A stretch of DNA of 64,000 nucleotides from Felis catus (taxonomy: Eukaryota), in assembly GCF_018350175.1 (NCBI RefSeq), contig NC_058375.1, forward strand, positions 9,796,001 to 9,860,000, given 5' to 3'. Below the pieces are notes generated by a model. The model was not told the origin of the DNA and did not search any database. It saw nothing but the letters and a program-made list of their open reading frames with translations. Shown here piece after piece: positions 37,430 through 49,780 of the stretch. Position 1 is the first letter of the stretch, and each line of letters opens with the position of its first letter. The position numbers and the translations under genes were made by a program.

Positions 37430-38130
37430 TCCAGCCATGATTTCCTCCTTCCCGGGGAGCCTGCAAGATTAAATAAAATCGTGAGCCCTTCTGCGTCGAG
37501 AGCTGATAGGAAGAAAAATGCCTCCGCAGCCCCTGAGCGGTTTTATTATTCCACCCTGGCTGCAGTGGGGGAGGCCTCTGGTCACGAGCTGCCCGAACTG
37601 ATTTGCACTGGCGTTAGTCACAAATTGCGGCTTGACGTTTATAGCATCTGTGATCCGCACATATCGATTATTTAGGGAAAGGAATGAAGCCGGGACGGCA
37701 GGGCAGCCACGTTGTTAAAAATCTGCTCTTGTCGCGTTTCGTTCTGCTGGGAGAGGGGGCACCGCCTTGGAAAGGGCGGGTGGGAAGCACTATCTAGCTT
37801 AGATCTTGTTCATGTCTCGGTGGATAGCAAGCAGCTTTTATTCACCACCGTTGATTAATCAGCTCCCTTTTATTCATGTGAAAGACTCGGTCACCCAGGA
37901 GCTCCTTGGAAGGAATTACTGGTCTCTGCCTCTTTATGCGCAACTGCTGCTGTATTGTGTTCATTGGGCTAATGAAAGCCGAGCGAATGTCTCTATTGGC
38001 TGTGCTTTGATGAATTAGCACTTTGCCTGCAAACTGTATTTCTCTGATTAAGCTGAATTTGTTTCCAACACCCCCCCCCCACCCAGCGACCCCGCCATTA
38101 TGAGGTTGTTTCTTCCATGCTAATGACCGT
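37430..38130. promoter_or_regulatory. Candidate developmental enhancer (homeodomain-motif cluster)
   Basis: Repeat-free, with multiple TTTAT and TAAT/ATTA cores, ATCGAT, and the palindrome TGATTAATCA (37852-37861). Confidence 0.4.
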
Positions 38131-38464
38131 GGGAGCCACAGGAGGAGTTTGGGCCCCCTTTCCATTCAGGGGTCACTCGGCCACTCCATTTTAGTCCAGA
38201 TTCAGATGGAGCAGGCCCAAAGATAAGGACAGCACCCGCTGTAGCACCAACTCCAGTGCGGACAGAAGCCCCGCTGATGCCTGCGGTTGATGAGCTCAGT
38301 GGCATCATTGCCTGCAGTGACTGTGTCCAGCCGTGCGTGGGAGGCCGACAGACCCCAGCTTGGACAGGAATCCAGGCTGTGCCCTGCTAGAACCTAGACG
38401 AGTTACTGGTTCTCTGATGGGATGAGTTACTGGTCCCCTGTGAGATGGGAGGATTGAACTAGGA

Positions 38465-38910
38465 GTGTCTGTTTGTCTGCTGGGGCTGCCGTTGACAGAA
38501 TACCGCAGGCTGAGGGGCTGAAGCAACAGAGCAGAATTACTAGAGGGCAGAAGTCCAAGATCAAGGTGCCTGCAGGGTTGGTTCTTTCTGAGGGCCTGTG
38601 AGGGGGAGTCTGTCCCAGGCCTCTCCTGGCTTCTGGGGGTTTGCTGGCCATCTTTGGCATCCCTTGGCTCGATCTCTGCCTTCGTCTTCACCTGGAGTTG
38701 TCCCCGTGTGCCTGTCTGGGTCCAGACTTCCCTTTCTTATAGGACATGAGTCATACTGGACTAAGGCCCACCCTCATGGCCTCATCTTAAACTTGGTTAC
38801 CTCTGCGGAGACCCTGTCTCCCAATAAGGTCACACTCTGAGGTGCTGGGAGTTTGGACTTCAGCATGTACTTTTTTGGGTGGGGGGATGGGGAGGGGAAG
38901 AAATTTAAAC
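38465..38910. mobile_element. MLT1 (MaLR) solo LTR
   Basis: agaagtccaagatcaaggtg…gggttggttctttctgagggc…gaccctgtctcccaataaggtcacactctgaggt. Confidence 0.8.
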
Positions 38911-40357
38911 TGTGAAACCTGCCTTGGGACTGTGTTGATAAATCTTACTGTTCAAGCCTCGTGGCTTGGGTGGTTGTTACCTGTAGTCTACCTGGGTTGC
39001 CGAAAGAGACTGCAATAGCACTGCCTGGTCTAACCTCTGGTGGTGTGGGTTGCCCTTCTAGACTGCCGTGGCCTGCTAGGAACTACACCGTTTCGTTTTC
39101 TTGGCTGTTGGAGAAATTCGTACGTAGGCCCAGGAACTAGAGTCCTGCATGAATCCAGCGGTCCTGAGGTAGGAAGGAGTTCAGACCGTCTGGAGAAACG
39201 AAGAAATGAGGCGGTGCTGACGTCTGCTGGGAACACCAGCCCCTCTCTCTGTGGTTGCCAATCCTGCCTTGGCCTGGTGGCCCAGTTCAGAGTGACTTTC
39301 TCCAGTGTGTCGCTGGGTGTTTTGTTTATAACAGGTTTACGATACTTGGTGTCATTGCAGTGTGGGGAGGAAGGACCCTTGCTTTGAATTCTGGAGTCCG
39401 TGCCTGGTTTCTGCTTAAAATGTAGGTCAGGTGAATGCAGCTTATGCCCCTGGTCTAAAGGGACACGAAGCTAGGAGCCAGGTGGGGACAGGGCAGTGGC
39501 ATTGGGGTGAGAAGCATGGACTTCGGGGCTTGGCAGGAAGAAGGGATGTGGTGGTGGTGGGGCCAATATGAGGACCCTGAGAGTGCATGTAAAGTTGTAC
39601 CTGGTTTTCTGAGGAAAGGCTCATGTTTTTTTCATCAGATTTTTAGGAGGGAGCATAGGAGTCTAGCCCTGCCTTGGGTGGTGTTGTGGATGGGATGCTG
39701 GTCTACACTACCTGCAGGATTTGGGTTCTTGGTTTCATTTAGGGTATAGATCTCAAGGGAAGTGTGAGGTCCAGCCATGTCCACATGGTGCCCTTAGGTT
39801 GGTGCACACAAGGATTGGTCGGAGCTCAAGATGAATGGAAAGCAGGTGGTCCCTCTCACGGAAGAACCAACATCTATTGTCTCCTCCCATAGAAGACGAT
39901 ATGGCCTGATGGTTAATGAAATGCGCTGCTGGTTCTGACATAAAATCCGGATTTGATTCCAAGCGCTTCTCTTCTTAGCTGTGACATTGTGGGAAAGTCG
40001 TTGTTCTTCTGAATCTGTTTTCTTGTGGATGAAAATAGTTTCACCGAGGATGGAGGTGAGGACGACTTACGATCTCGTATGTGAAAGGCTTGATTCTGAG
40101 CTTGGTACCAAGTGTCTAAATGTCAGTGTTATGAGGGGAGGGAAAGGTGGTGAGGTTTAGAGGTCACTAGCCTGGGGTGGAACCTTGCCTCTGTCCGTGA
40201 CCTGCTAGTTTTATGGCTATAAATGGAGCTTCAGTCTTCCATTTTGTCAGAGCCAGTGGGAATATTGGCGATAATGTACATGAATGGCCTGGCTGAGAGG
40301 CGTTCTCCTGTAGCAGATGTGAGCGGCTCTCACTCCAGGCTCCTTCACATGGGGAGA

Positions 40358-41480
40358 TGTTAGTTTCCTACAGCTACGTAACAGCTACAGATTCAGTGAC
40401 TTCAAACAACATGTATGTATTTATTTATATGAAATTTATTGTCAAATTGGTTTGCATACAACTCCCAGTGCTCATCCCAACAGGTACCCTCCTCAATGCC
40501 CATCACCCACTTTCCCCTGCCTCTCACCACCCCCATCAACCCTCAGTTTATTCTCAGTTTTGAAGAGTCTCATGGTTTGCCTCCTTCCCTCTCTGTAACT
40601 TTTTTTTCCCCTTCCCCTCCCCCATGGTCTTCTGTTAAGTTCCTCAGGATCCACCTAAGAGTGAAAACATATGGTATCTTTCTCTGTAGGACTTATTTCA
40701 CTTAGCATAACCCTCTCCAGTTCCATCCACGTTGCTACAAAAGGCCAGATTTCATCCTTTCTCATTGCCAAGTAGTATTCCATTGTGTACATAAACCACA
40801 ATTTCTTCATCCATTCGTCAGTTGATGGACATTTAGGCTCTTTCCATAATTTGGCTATTGTTGAAAGTGCTGCTATAAACATTGGGGTACAAGTGCCCCT
40901 ATGCATCAGCCCTCCTGTATCCCTTGGGTAAATGCCTAGTAGCGCTATTGCTGGGTCATAGGGTAATTGTATTTTTAACTTTTTGAAGAACCTCCACACT
41001 GTTTTCCAGAGCGGCTGCACCAGTTTGCATTCCCACCAACAGGGCAAGAGAGTTCCCGCTTCTCCACATCCTCTCCAGCATCTATAGTGTCCTGATTTGT
41101 GCATTTTAGCCACTCAGACCGTTCTGGAGGGCAGAAGCCCGAAATAGTTTTAGTGGGGTAACCCCAAGGTGTCTTCAGGGCTTCTGGAAGCTCCTAGAGG
41201 AGAATCTGTCTTCTTGTCCTTTTTGTCTTCTAGTGGCCACCATATTCCTTGGCCTGTGGCCCCACCCTCCTGTCTTCACGCCCTCGTGGAGTACATCATG
41301 CCCATCTCTGTTCTGTCACTGTGTTACCTTCTTTCATCAAGAGGAGGTGACTACTTTGGGACCGTGCACGCTGGTCTCCCTGTCTTAGGGCCCCAACTCA
41401 ATCACATCTGCAAAGTCCTTTCCGGTCACATAAGATAACATGTTCATCGATTTTGGGCATTAGGATGTGAGAGGCACACA
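40358..41480. mobile_element. MLT1 LTR split by an L1 insertion
   Basis: LTR start gttagtttcctacagct…aaacaac (40358-40410), resuming gttctggagggcagaag…aatcacatctgcaaagtcctt after 41118. Confidence 0.65.
40412..41117 (-). mobile_element. Cat-type L1 3' end with ORF2 C-terminal cysteine-rich region
   Basis: ORF 40655-41113: CWRGCGE…[18 protein letters not shown]…TPMFIAAL…KCPSTDEW…WMELE…LSEIS. Confidence 0.93.
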
Positions 41481-41615
41481 CGCATGCATCTACCACGGGA
41501 GGTTAGACCGTCAAATGGACTGCTTTTCTGCCGATTTCTTCTCCTGGCATAGAAGCGATTATTTCTCTATACTTTGACGTGGGGAGAGGTGGGAGGTGGG
41601 GTGAGTATACCCAAA

Positions 41616-41770
41616 GCAGTGGTTCTCAAATGTGGCCCCTGGATCAGCAGTGTCAATACCACTTGGGAACTGGTGGGAAACGCAGATTTTCAGCCCCACC
41701 TTAGACCTCCAGAACCAGAAACTCAGGGATGGGATTTAACAGCAAGCTGTACCTTAACAAGCCTTGCCTT
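41616..41770 (+). mobile_element. MER5A hAT-Charlie element
   Basis: cagtggttctcaaatgtggcccctggatcagcag…cagccccaccttagacct…agaaactc. Confidence 0.75.
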
Positions 41771-41859
41771 GCGATCCTGCCTTTATGTTACATTTTGATT
41801 TTGCATTTGTCGTGAAGCTTTTTGCATTCATTCTGCTGTCTAATAAAAAATATTGCACA

Positions 41860-42039
41860 GGGGCTTCTGGGTGGCTCAGTCAATTAAGCACCTGACTCTT
41901 GGTCTTCATTCAGGTTGTGACCTCACCGTTCGTGGGGCTCTGCACGGACAGTTGGGATTCTCTCTCTCTCCCTCTCTCTTTGGCCCTTCCTGCTCGTGCT
42001 CTCTTTCCCTCCCTCTCTAACTAAATAAACATTTTTAAA
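41860..42039 (+). mobile_element. Older Can-SINE
   Basis: gggcttctgggtggctcagtcaattaagc head, (CT) tract, aataaac; flanked by atattgca. Confidence 0.82.
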
Positions 42040-43446
42040 CATATTGCAGTAAGATACATAATTTGTTCTGATTCCTTCATGTCTGCACTTGAGGTGAGTG
42101 TCTCACTTGCCCCTCCCTGGTTCTGGCCCTAGAGAAATCTCACGTCAAGACCTGGTTCCTCATAGGAGGTCTGGGTACCCTGTAACAGAGGCACTTAACC
42201 CTCCCGGGGTGATCGGAGATGTATTTCGTGAAGCAGTGATGTCAGAACTGAAAGCTGAGGTCCAGAAGGAGCCGACTCGGTGAGGAAGGGGGAGGGACAC
42301 TTCAGGCAGAGAGCAGCAGGTGCAAAAGCTAGATGTGTGGAGGGGGTATAACATGTAGGAGGTACCGGAAAGACCCCTGTGCCACGTGACTCCCTTGACA
42401 AATATTTACTAAGCTCCCAGGGCTCTTAATAGTCCAGAATTCAACCCCCGGACTGCATTGAAAGAGCCCGAGAGGCAAATAGAACAACGGTTCCGTCTCA
42501 GCTTGTCTGTGTGGCGTTGGTAAGCGTGCCCCAGGCGGTCTTCCTCCCAGAAACAGTATTTGGCACCCGGCAAATAAGGCAGGGAAAGTACAAAAGGCCG
42601 TGTCTCATAAAAGATGCATTTAGCACAGGTTTCTATTTCAGAGCTAATAGCATTAGCTGTTATGTAGAAAGTAAGAGAACACAATTACCCTGTTTTAATA
42701 ACAAGGTTGGCAGCACGGCTCTAATCCCGGAGGAGCCTTGCCTTACGTTTTGAATGTTCTCCAGCCATTGCGTTCTTAGTCCCAAGCCAGCTTGTAGCCC
42801 TTACATCCCAGTTTGCCTGGAATGGTCCTGGTTTATGCCTGACATACCAGTATAGTTGCTAACAGCATCCCCTCCAGTGCTCCAGTTTGGGCAATAAAAG
42901 ACACCATCACTGTAGTGACACAGATCTGAGACAGCTAAGCCCGACTTGATGGTGCAGTTCCTTAGGGAAATCCCCACTAGGAAAAAAAAAAAAAAAAACA
43001 TCCGCCAAATCTCAGGTTGCCCATTTGTCCATTATGTTTGAGGGTCTGTCCATGCCGGGGACTGTTCTAAACGTGTGGCAAAAAGACATCGTAGGAAGGG
43101 GTATTGGAATTTGTATCGTACTCAGGAAAAAGCATAAGTGGAGTGAGCAGAGTGAAGACAGCGCTAAGATAAAGTAGCGTTTGCTTTTGTTTAACAGCTC
43201 ACTTCTCAAATGTTCAGCTTTTTTTTTTCCCCCCAGTAACAGTGGTTGGGGGATAGAAAACTCATTCTCCCAACTCAGTGTTTAATTATTATTATTTTTA
43301 AAATTACAACAGTACAACTTTATTCTAGACAATGTAAAGGAAAAATGGAACTACCCTGCGTTGTCCTGTTGCTAAGTTTGATGTGTATCCACCCGGACCT
43401 TCTAAACTGACTTTTATCGAGGTAAACAACAGCACAGAGTCCTATG

Positions 43447-43497
43447 TTCCTATGTTGAGAGAGTTCCTATGTTGAGAGAGTTCCTATGTTGAGAGAG
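43447..43497. repeat. Perfect 3 x 17-bp tandem repeat (TTCCTATGTTGAGAGAG)
   Basis: Units at 43447, 43464, 43481, plus a partial copy upstream. Confidence 0.95.
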
Positions 43498-45341
43498 CAT
43501 TGCAAGCGCCCTGAGATCCTCCCAATGAGCCCCTTTCCCTCTTCCCTAAAGATGATCAGTGTCCTGACCCCTCACACCAATGATTACATGAAGTTCCTCA
43601 AGACGGATGGATTGGATTCATCCATGAATTTCGCGTCTGGCTTTCCCTTTCAACCTGGAGAGTCTCCCATGTTGCATGTCTTTTGCTCACTTACATTTCC
43701 TGAGTGTATGGAATACACACATCTCTCTTGCACTGCTGTGGGTCAGAATTTGGGTTGTTTGTCATTTGGGACTGTTATGAGTGATGGATGCTTCTTTGAA
43801 CACTGGCGATATGCCGCATGCATCCTGTTAGGTGTCTTCCTAGGAGTAGAGTTTCTAGGCCAGAGAGCAGGTGGGAAGGTCAACTTTAATCAGACAGTTT
43901 TCCAAAACATTTGCACAGTCCTTGCACATGCTTCCACCAATGGGGTGTGAGAGTTCCTGCCGCTCTATACCTCTGCCAACACTTGGAATTGTCTATCTTA
44001 AGTTTTGGCTATTCTGGTGGATATGTGTTAGTTATTTCATTGTGGTTTCAATTTGCCTTTCCCCTTTGAAATACCCTCTTTTGTGAAGTGCTTTTGTCTG
44101 TGTTGTAATTGAGTTCTTTGTCCTAATGAATTGAGGGAGATCTTTCTGTAATGAGAGTAGCAATCTTTTCTTGGCTATAGGTGGTGCACATTTTGTCATG
44201 TGTCACTATTATAGTGGAAAGACAAGCCACAGAATTCGTTCAGTTCTTGGCTTTGATCTCTTAATTATCAATCTTTTCCTTAATGGCTAATGCTTTTTGT
44301 GTCTTATTTAAGAAGCCATTGGGCAATAAACGATAGTCTTTATTATCATCAAGAAGTTTTGTTTTAATTTCCCATTGGAATCTGTAATCCATCTAATAAT
44401 TGATTTTTGAGTATGGTGTGAGGTTGGGGTCAAATTTTAGTTTAGTGTTACCCCCCCCCCCATATGGTTTTCCAGTTGAGTACCACTGTGCATCTCTATT
44501 GCTTTATCATTATGAGTCACCTTCTGGACCAAGCACAAGTGGCTCGGTCCATTTGTGTCCTTGGACCGATATCATACTCTCTTAATTACCGAAGCTTGAC
44601 AATCTGGATAACCTGGCAGAGCAGGTCTTCTCATTTTTTGGTGGTCTTCAAGAGATTTTGTTCTTTTGCCTTTCCAATTAAATTTTAGAATCATTTTGTC
44701 AATTTTCACAGAAAATCTGTTCAAGTTTCAATAAGATTAAATCTTAGATCAATATGGGGAGAACTGAAACTTTTACAACATTGAATTACTGAGTCCATGC
44801 CTAATGGTGCATTTCTTCATTTGTTTTGGTTTGTTTACTTTCTCTCCATCTTTCAGAGTTTTCTGTAGAGGGGTCTGTAGTCTTTTATAGTAGATTTAGT
44901 CCTGGTTATTTGATATATTTCAATGCTATTATGTTTAAAAATTTTTATTTTCTGTTTCATATACAGAAATATAATTTCTGTTTTATATATACTTTATATC
45001 TTACAACCTTGCTGAATTTATGCTAATAATTATCTGTAGACTCTTCTTTTTGGATTTCCTACAACCATCATGTCGTGCAAATAGGGACAATTTTATTTTT
45101 TTTTACTTCAAACTTCTAATTTCATTTTTTTTTAACTTGTAGTATAATGATGAATAGAAGTGATGATAGTGGTGATTTTAGGGGGAAGCTTTCAATATTT
45201 TACCATTATGAATTATGTTTTTCTATAGGGTTCTTTTTTTTTTCTTTTCTTTTTTTTTTTTTTTATTGTAGTTGAATATGTTGCCTTTTCATTTATTTGG
45301 CTATTTCTGTCCCTATCCTGGCTGGGAGGAGACAGGTTAGA

Positions 45342-45681
45342 TTTTTGTTTTTAGCAGACTTTATTTTTTAGAGCAGTTTTAGGTTCACAGAAAAATTGAG
45401 AGGAAGATACAGATATTTCCCATATTCCCTGTGGCCCCGCACATGTATGGCCTCCCCCATTATCAATATCCATTATCAGAGTAGTGTGTTTGTTACAATC
45501 TATAAACCTCCGTGGACACGTCATTATATCCAAGTCCATAGGTACATTAAAGTTCATTCTTGGTGTTGCACATTCTGTGGGTTTAGACAACTTTATAATG
45601 GTATTATCCATCATTACAGTGCCATACAGGGTCTTTTCATTGCCCTAAAAACCCTCTATGCGCTGCCTACTCATCCCTCTC
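45342..45681 (-). mobile_element. L1MC1-like 3' end
   Basis: Reverse complement ends …tgtgaacctaaaactgctctaaaaaataaagtctgctaaaaacaaaaa. Confidence 0.8.
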
Positions 45682-46581
45682 TCTACAGGCTTTTCAGTAT
45701 GTATTCTTTATAGCTAAAGGAAGTTTCTTTTTATTTCTTTTGACATTTCTCTGAAACATGAATTAAAGACTGGCATAGGGGCAATTTTTGTAGTGTTCTA
45801 CATTTTAAAAAGGTATATTTGGTAGTTGTTGATCACATTATATATGCACATTGGTCAATATGTTACGTCCCATTTTTCAATATTTTCTGCTCTTTGTTTA
45901 GTTTTTCTATTTTTCACTTTTCCATATAGTTTATCCATTTTTTTGTCTCCTGTTTTGAGGTTTATAGAACTGATCATTTTGTTATTAGGAAGGATATCTG
46001 TGGTGTCTAAAGCTGTTTGTTTCTTTTTTCTTTTCTTTTTTCCCTGATAGTGACAGAAATAGACCAGCTTTCTTTTAAGTTCTCTCTTCTCTCCTGACAT
46101 GTTTTGGAGTGCTTATTTTGATATTCATTTCCCCCCTCTATTAGTCTGGTGATCATATACTCTTTTCATATACTTTCAGTGGTTACACTGGAGATCATAA
46201 CATGCATTCTTGTCTTATCATGGTCTAATATACACTAATGCTCCTATTTTTTCGTGGACAATGCAAAGATCTTAGAACATTCTCATTCCATTTACCCCCC
46301 TCTCAATTTTTAAGCTATTTTGGTCTTGTATTTTATTTCTATATGTACTTTAAATACAGTTAAGTACCTTATGATATGTTAATAGACAATAAGTTAATCT
46401 TAACCATTAATAATTATAAGTGTGTATGATTATATATTAATATTCCATGTTCACATTGATTTCTATCTAATTTATATTTAGCTACAACTAGCCTTCACTT
46501 CTCTTTGTTCCTTCCTACAGCCCCAAGCTCTCATCTGGGGTGATTTTTCTTCTCCCTGAAGAAACTCCCTTTAGTGTATTT

Positions 46582-46789
46582 AAAAAAAAATTTTTTTTAA
46601 TGCTTACTTATTTTTGAGACACTGTAAGAGACAGAGTGCAAGCAGCAGAGGGAAACACAGAATCTGAAGTGGGCTCCAGGCTCTGAGCTGTCAGCACAGA
46701 GCCTGATGCAGGGCTCGAACTCACAAACCGTGAGATCATGACCTGAGTCGAAGTCAGCCACTTAACCGACTGAGCCACTCAGGTGCCCC
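46582..46789 (-). mobile_element. Can-SINE, TSD tccctttagtgtattt
   Basis: TSD 46566-46581 / 46790-46805. Confidence 0.94.
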
Positions 46790-47119
46790 TCCCTTTAGTG
46801 TATTTTTGACTGGGTCTCCTGGTGATGAGTTTTCCTTGATTTGTTTAGTCTGAAGATGCCTTTAGTTACTCTTCATTCTTGAAGGATCATTTCAGTGGGT
46901 GTAGAATTCTACTGTCTCATTCTGTCCTCTCTCTCTCTCTCTTTTTTTTTCCATCTTGTTTCTCTGTGCTGCATTCAGACTTTGTTCTGTTTTTCCAGCT
47001 CGGAAATTCTTTCTACCTATGTCTAATAACCAATTTTGCTGCTTTTTCAATTAGGTAACTTTTTATACTTTCCATTTCACTGCCAAAATTCTTTACATTC
47101 TTCTGTTTCCTTTATCATA

Positions 47120-47247
47120 TTTTTTAAAAGTAGGCTTCATACCCAGTGTGGTGCCCAACACAGGTCTTGAACTCATAATCCTGAGATCAAGACCTGATCT
47201 GAGATCAAGAGTCAGATGCTTAACTGACTGAGTTGCCCAGGCACCCC
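47120..47247 (-). mobile_element. Old short Can-SINE (no CT tract)
   Basis: aaaagtaggcttcatacccagtgtgg…gagatcaagagtcagatgcttaactgactgag…ggcacccc; degenerate TSD ctgtttcctt(t/g)atcat. Confidence 0.82.
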
Positions 47248-48064
47248 TGTTTCCTTGATCATCTTGTGCAAATTTATAGTCTGTATCTGAGACTGGAGTT
47301 ATCTGGATTACCTGTGGTTGTCTTTCCATCGACTCTCTTGCATTTTGATCATGTTGTCTTTGTTATGTCTGGTTATTTTTTCCTCAAGCCTACAGAAAAG
47401 CAAGAATAGTACAAAGAATTTTTCCCTTACATGTCATTTGGGAGTATGTATGTCGTAGACATGATGCTCCATCACTCCCAAACATTGTAGGGTACATTTC
47501 CTATACATCAGGGACAATTCACCTATTCAACCACAGTGTAATCATCACACAGAATCAACTCCAATCCATTATTACCATATAATAAATGGTACTCCTTTCA
47601 AGTTTTATGGGAACAATTCTGGATCACATTTGGTTGTCCTGCCTCTTTAGTTGCTTTTGATCTGGAATACTTTTTAGATTTTTCTTAACGTTTATGACCT
47701 TGCTACTTTTGAAGATTACAGAACAGTTATTTTGTAGGATGTTCCTCAGTTTGGGCTTCTCTGATCGCCTCATGATTAGATTCGTGTAATAGATCTTTGT
47801 TAGGGATATTGCAGAAGTCATGCTGAGTTTGTCTTATTGTACCCTATTCACTGGGGCATGATTTTGAATTGTTCTTTTACTAATGGAGTTAGCTTGGGTC
47901 GCTTGAATAGGATAGTGTCTTAATCAGGTTTCACTGTAAAGTCATTCCCTTTTCTCTTTGCAATTAGTAAATGTTTTATAGGGACATAGTTTGAGACATT
48001 AAGTCTACTGTTCCTCATCAAACTTTCATCTATGGTTTTGACATACAGTGTATAAAGAGCTGTA

Positions 48065-48101
48065 ATGTATGTATGTATGTATGTATGTATGTATGTATGT
48101 A
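48065..48101. repeat. (ATGT)n microsatellite
   Basis: ~9 units. Confidence 0.95.
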
Positions 48102-48889
48102 TTACATACTCATCCATCTATCTGTCCGTATGGAAACATAGATTTCTATTGAATGCTCCAATTTTTTATCGTTTTTTATGCTCAAATTATCCTTGACTTG
48201 GTCAGTGGGACCCTCTTTAAACTGGTTTCTGTGTGTTGTTGGGAATATCTCCATCCATCTTTGAGCATTTTCATACTTTCTGGCCAAACAAGACATCAAG
48301 CTCTTATGTTTTCCTTGTCTCAGCCTTGGAACCAACCAGGTCTGGTTCCTTTTAGGGAAGAATGGTATTTAGAACCTATGAGATGTCATTGCTGTTGGGG
48401 CGTCATTGCCTCCAGGCACTTCCAGGGGACAGAATTAGGGAATATAGAGTCTATATACTGACATACTATATATATACACACACACACACATGTCTAAATC
48501 TATATTCACTTATTTGGGTATATACTTACATATTAGATAATATAGATATATATGTTTGTAGTTATTTATATGTGGAATATATATTATATAGAGAGGTTGA
48601 AATTATGAGTTCATACCCATACTTATAATTCCTATTTAACACCATAAATTTCATTCTAAGTTTTCCCTTTTCTCTAACAGACCTGTCTTATTATCTTCAA
48701 TATGTTTACCTATTTGCTTAATCTCCCCTGCCCAGTGTAACCAGTCTCCTTTTGCTGGTGCTGCTCCGTATGGATACCTTCCTCACCTTTCCTGGGTTCT
48801 AACTCGGCGTTGGGCCCCACCACTGACCCCTCAGGCATGGATTTTTGTCTGTCTTCTCATCTCTTTTGGATTGAATTCCATAATTCAGA

Positions 48890-48951
48890 GAGGAAGGAAG
48901 GAAGGAAGGAAGGAAGGAAGGAAGGAAGGAAGGAAGGAAGGAAGGAAGGAA
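48890..48951. repeat. (GGAA)n microsatellite
   Basis: ~15 GGAA units. Confidence 0.97.
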
Positions 48952-49279
48952 AGTAGATAACTGGTTATTTTTGATTCAGTGCTGGAAAGTATATATGAAA
49001 TTATAGAAATAATTTAAGCCCTGGGATTGATGAGATTTAATTTAAGACCTATTACTCCAGAGAAAAATTACATTTACTTCCACAGGTTTTGTTGTGACAG
49101 AATAGAAGGCGAGTGGCCTAGATTTACTGATCAGTGACTTCTCTAGTGAAAGAAAGCCTTACCCTTTCTAAATGAGTCTGTTTAGAAATTTAATTAAGCT
49201 CCTTTGAGCCAAGTACTATTTTTGCCTTTGTTCCCTTTAAGTTTGCTACGATAACTTAGTACCCAGTACTGCATCAAGA

Positions 49280-49780
49280 CATGATTGTATAACAAGTATT
49301 CTATGATTCGATTCATGTGAAAGACCGCAATAGGGACATTTATAGAGACAGAATGATTCCTGACTGCTTAGGTTGAAGGGGGATGGGTGTTCAGGGGGTG
49401 GTGGCTAAAGCGTCTGGGTTTCTTTTGGAGGTGGTGAAAATGTTCAACACTGTGCTGATGTAAATATTTGTGCATATACTAAAATCCATGAAATTGTACA
49501 CTTAATTTTTTATTTTTATGTTATTTATTTTGAGAGCACAGGAGGGGAGAGGCGGAGAGAGGAGAGAGAGACAGAGAGAGAGAGAAAGAGAAAGACAGGC
49601 TGTGGACTGTCAGTGCAGAGCCCAATGCAGGGCTCAATCTCATGAGCTGTGAGATCATGACCTAAGCTGAAATCAAGAGTGGGACGCTCAACCGACTGAG
49701 CCACCCAGGCGCCCCTAAATCATACACTTTAAATGGGTAAATTGTATGGCATTTGAATTATATCCCGGTAAAACTGTTGA
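49280..49780 (+). mobile_element. L1MB-like 3' end split by a Can-SINE (49504-49715, minus strand)
   Basis: gggtttcttttggaggtggtgaaaatgttc…cactttaaatgggtaaattgtatggcatttgaattatatc; SINE head gagccacccaggcgcccc. Confidence 0.8.

Larger units (their letters stand above)
43400..48750 (-). mobile_element. Nested old L1M fragments (L1ME/L1MC types)
   Basis: AT-rich, T-rich + strand with decayed L1 phrases (ttgatttttgagtatggtgtgagg, gggggaagctttcaatattttaccatt); several nested 3' ends. Confidence 0.7.

Noticed and set aside
40655-41113. 152-aa ORF with strong protein-like sequence
   Set aside because: It is the L1 ORF2p C-terminus in a 5'-truncated copy, not a host gene.
43447-43497. Short direct repeats as a possible CRISPR array
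   Set aside because: No spacers, eukaryotic context; it is a simple tandem repeat.
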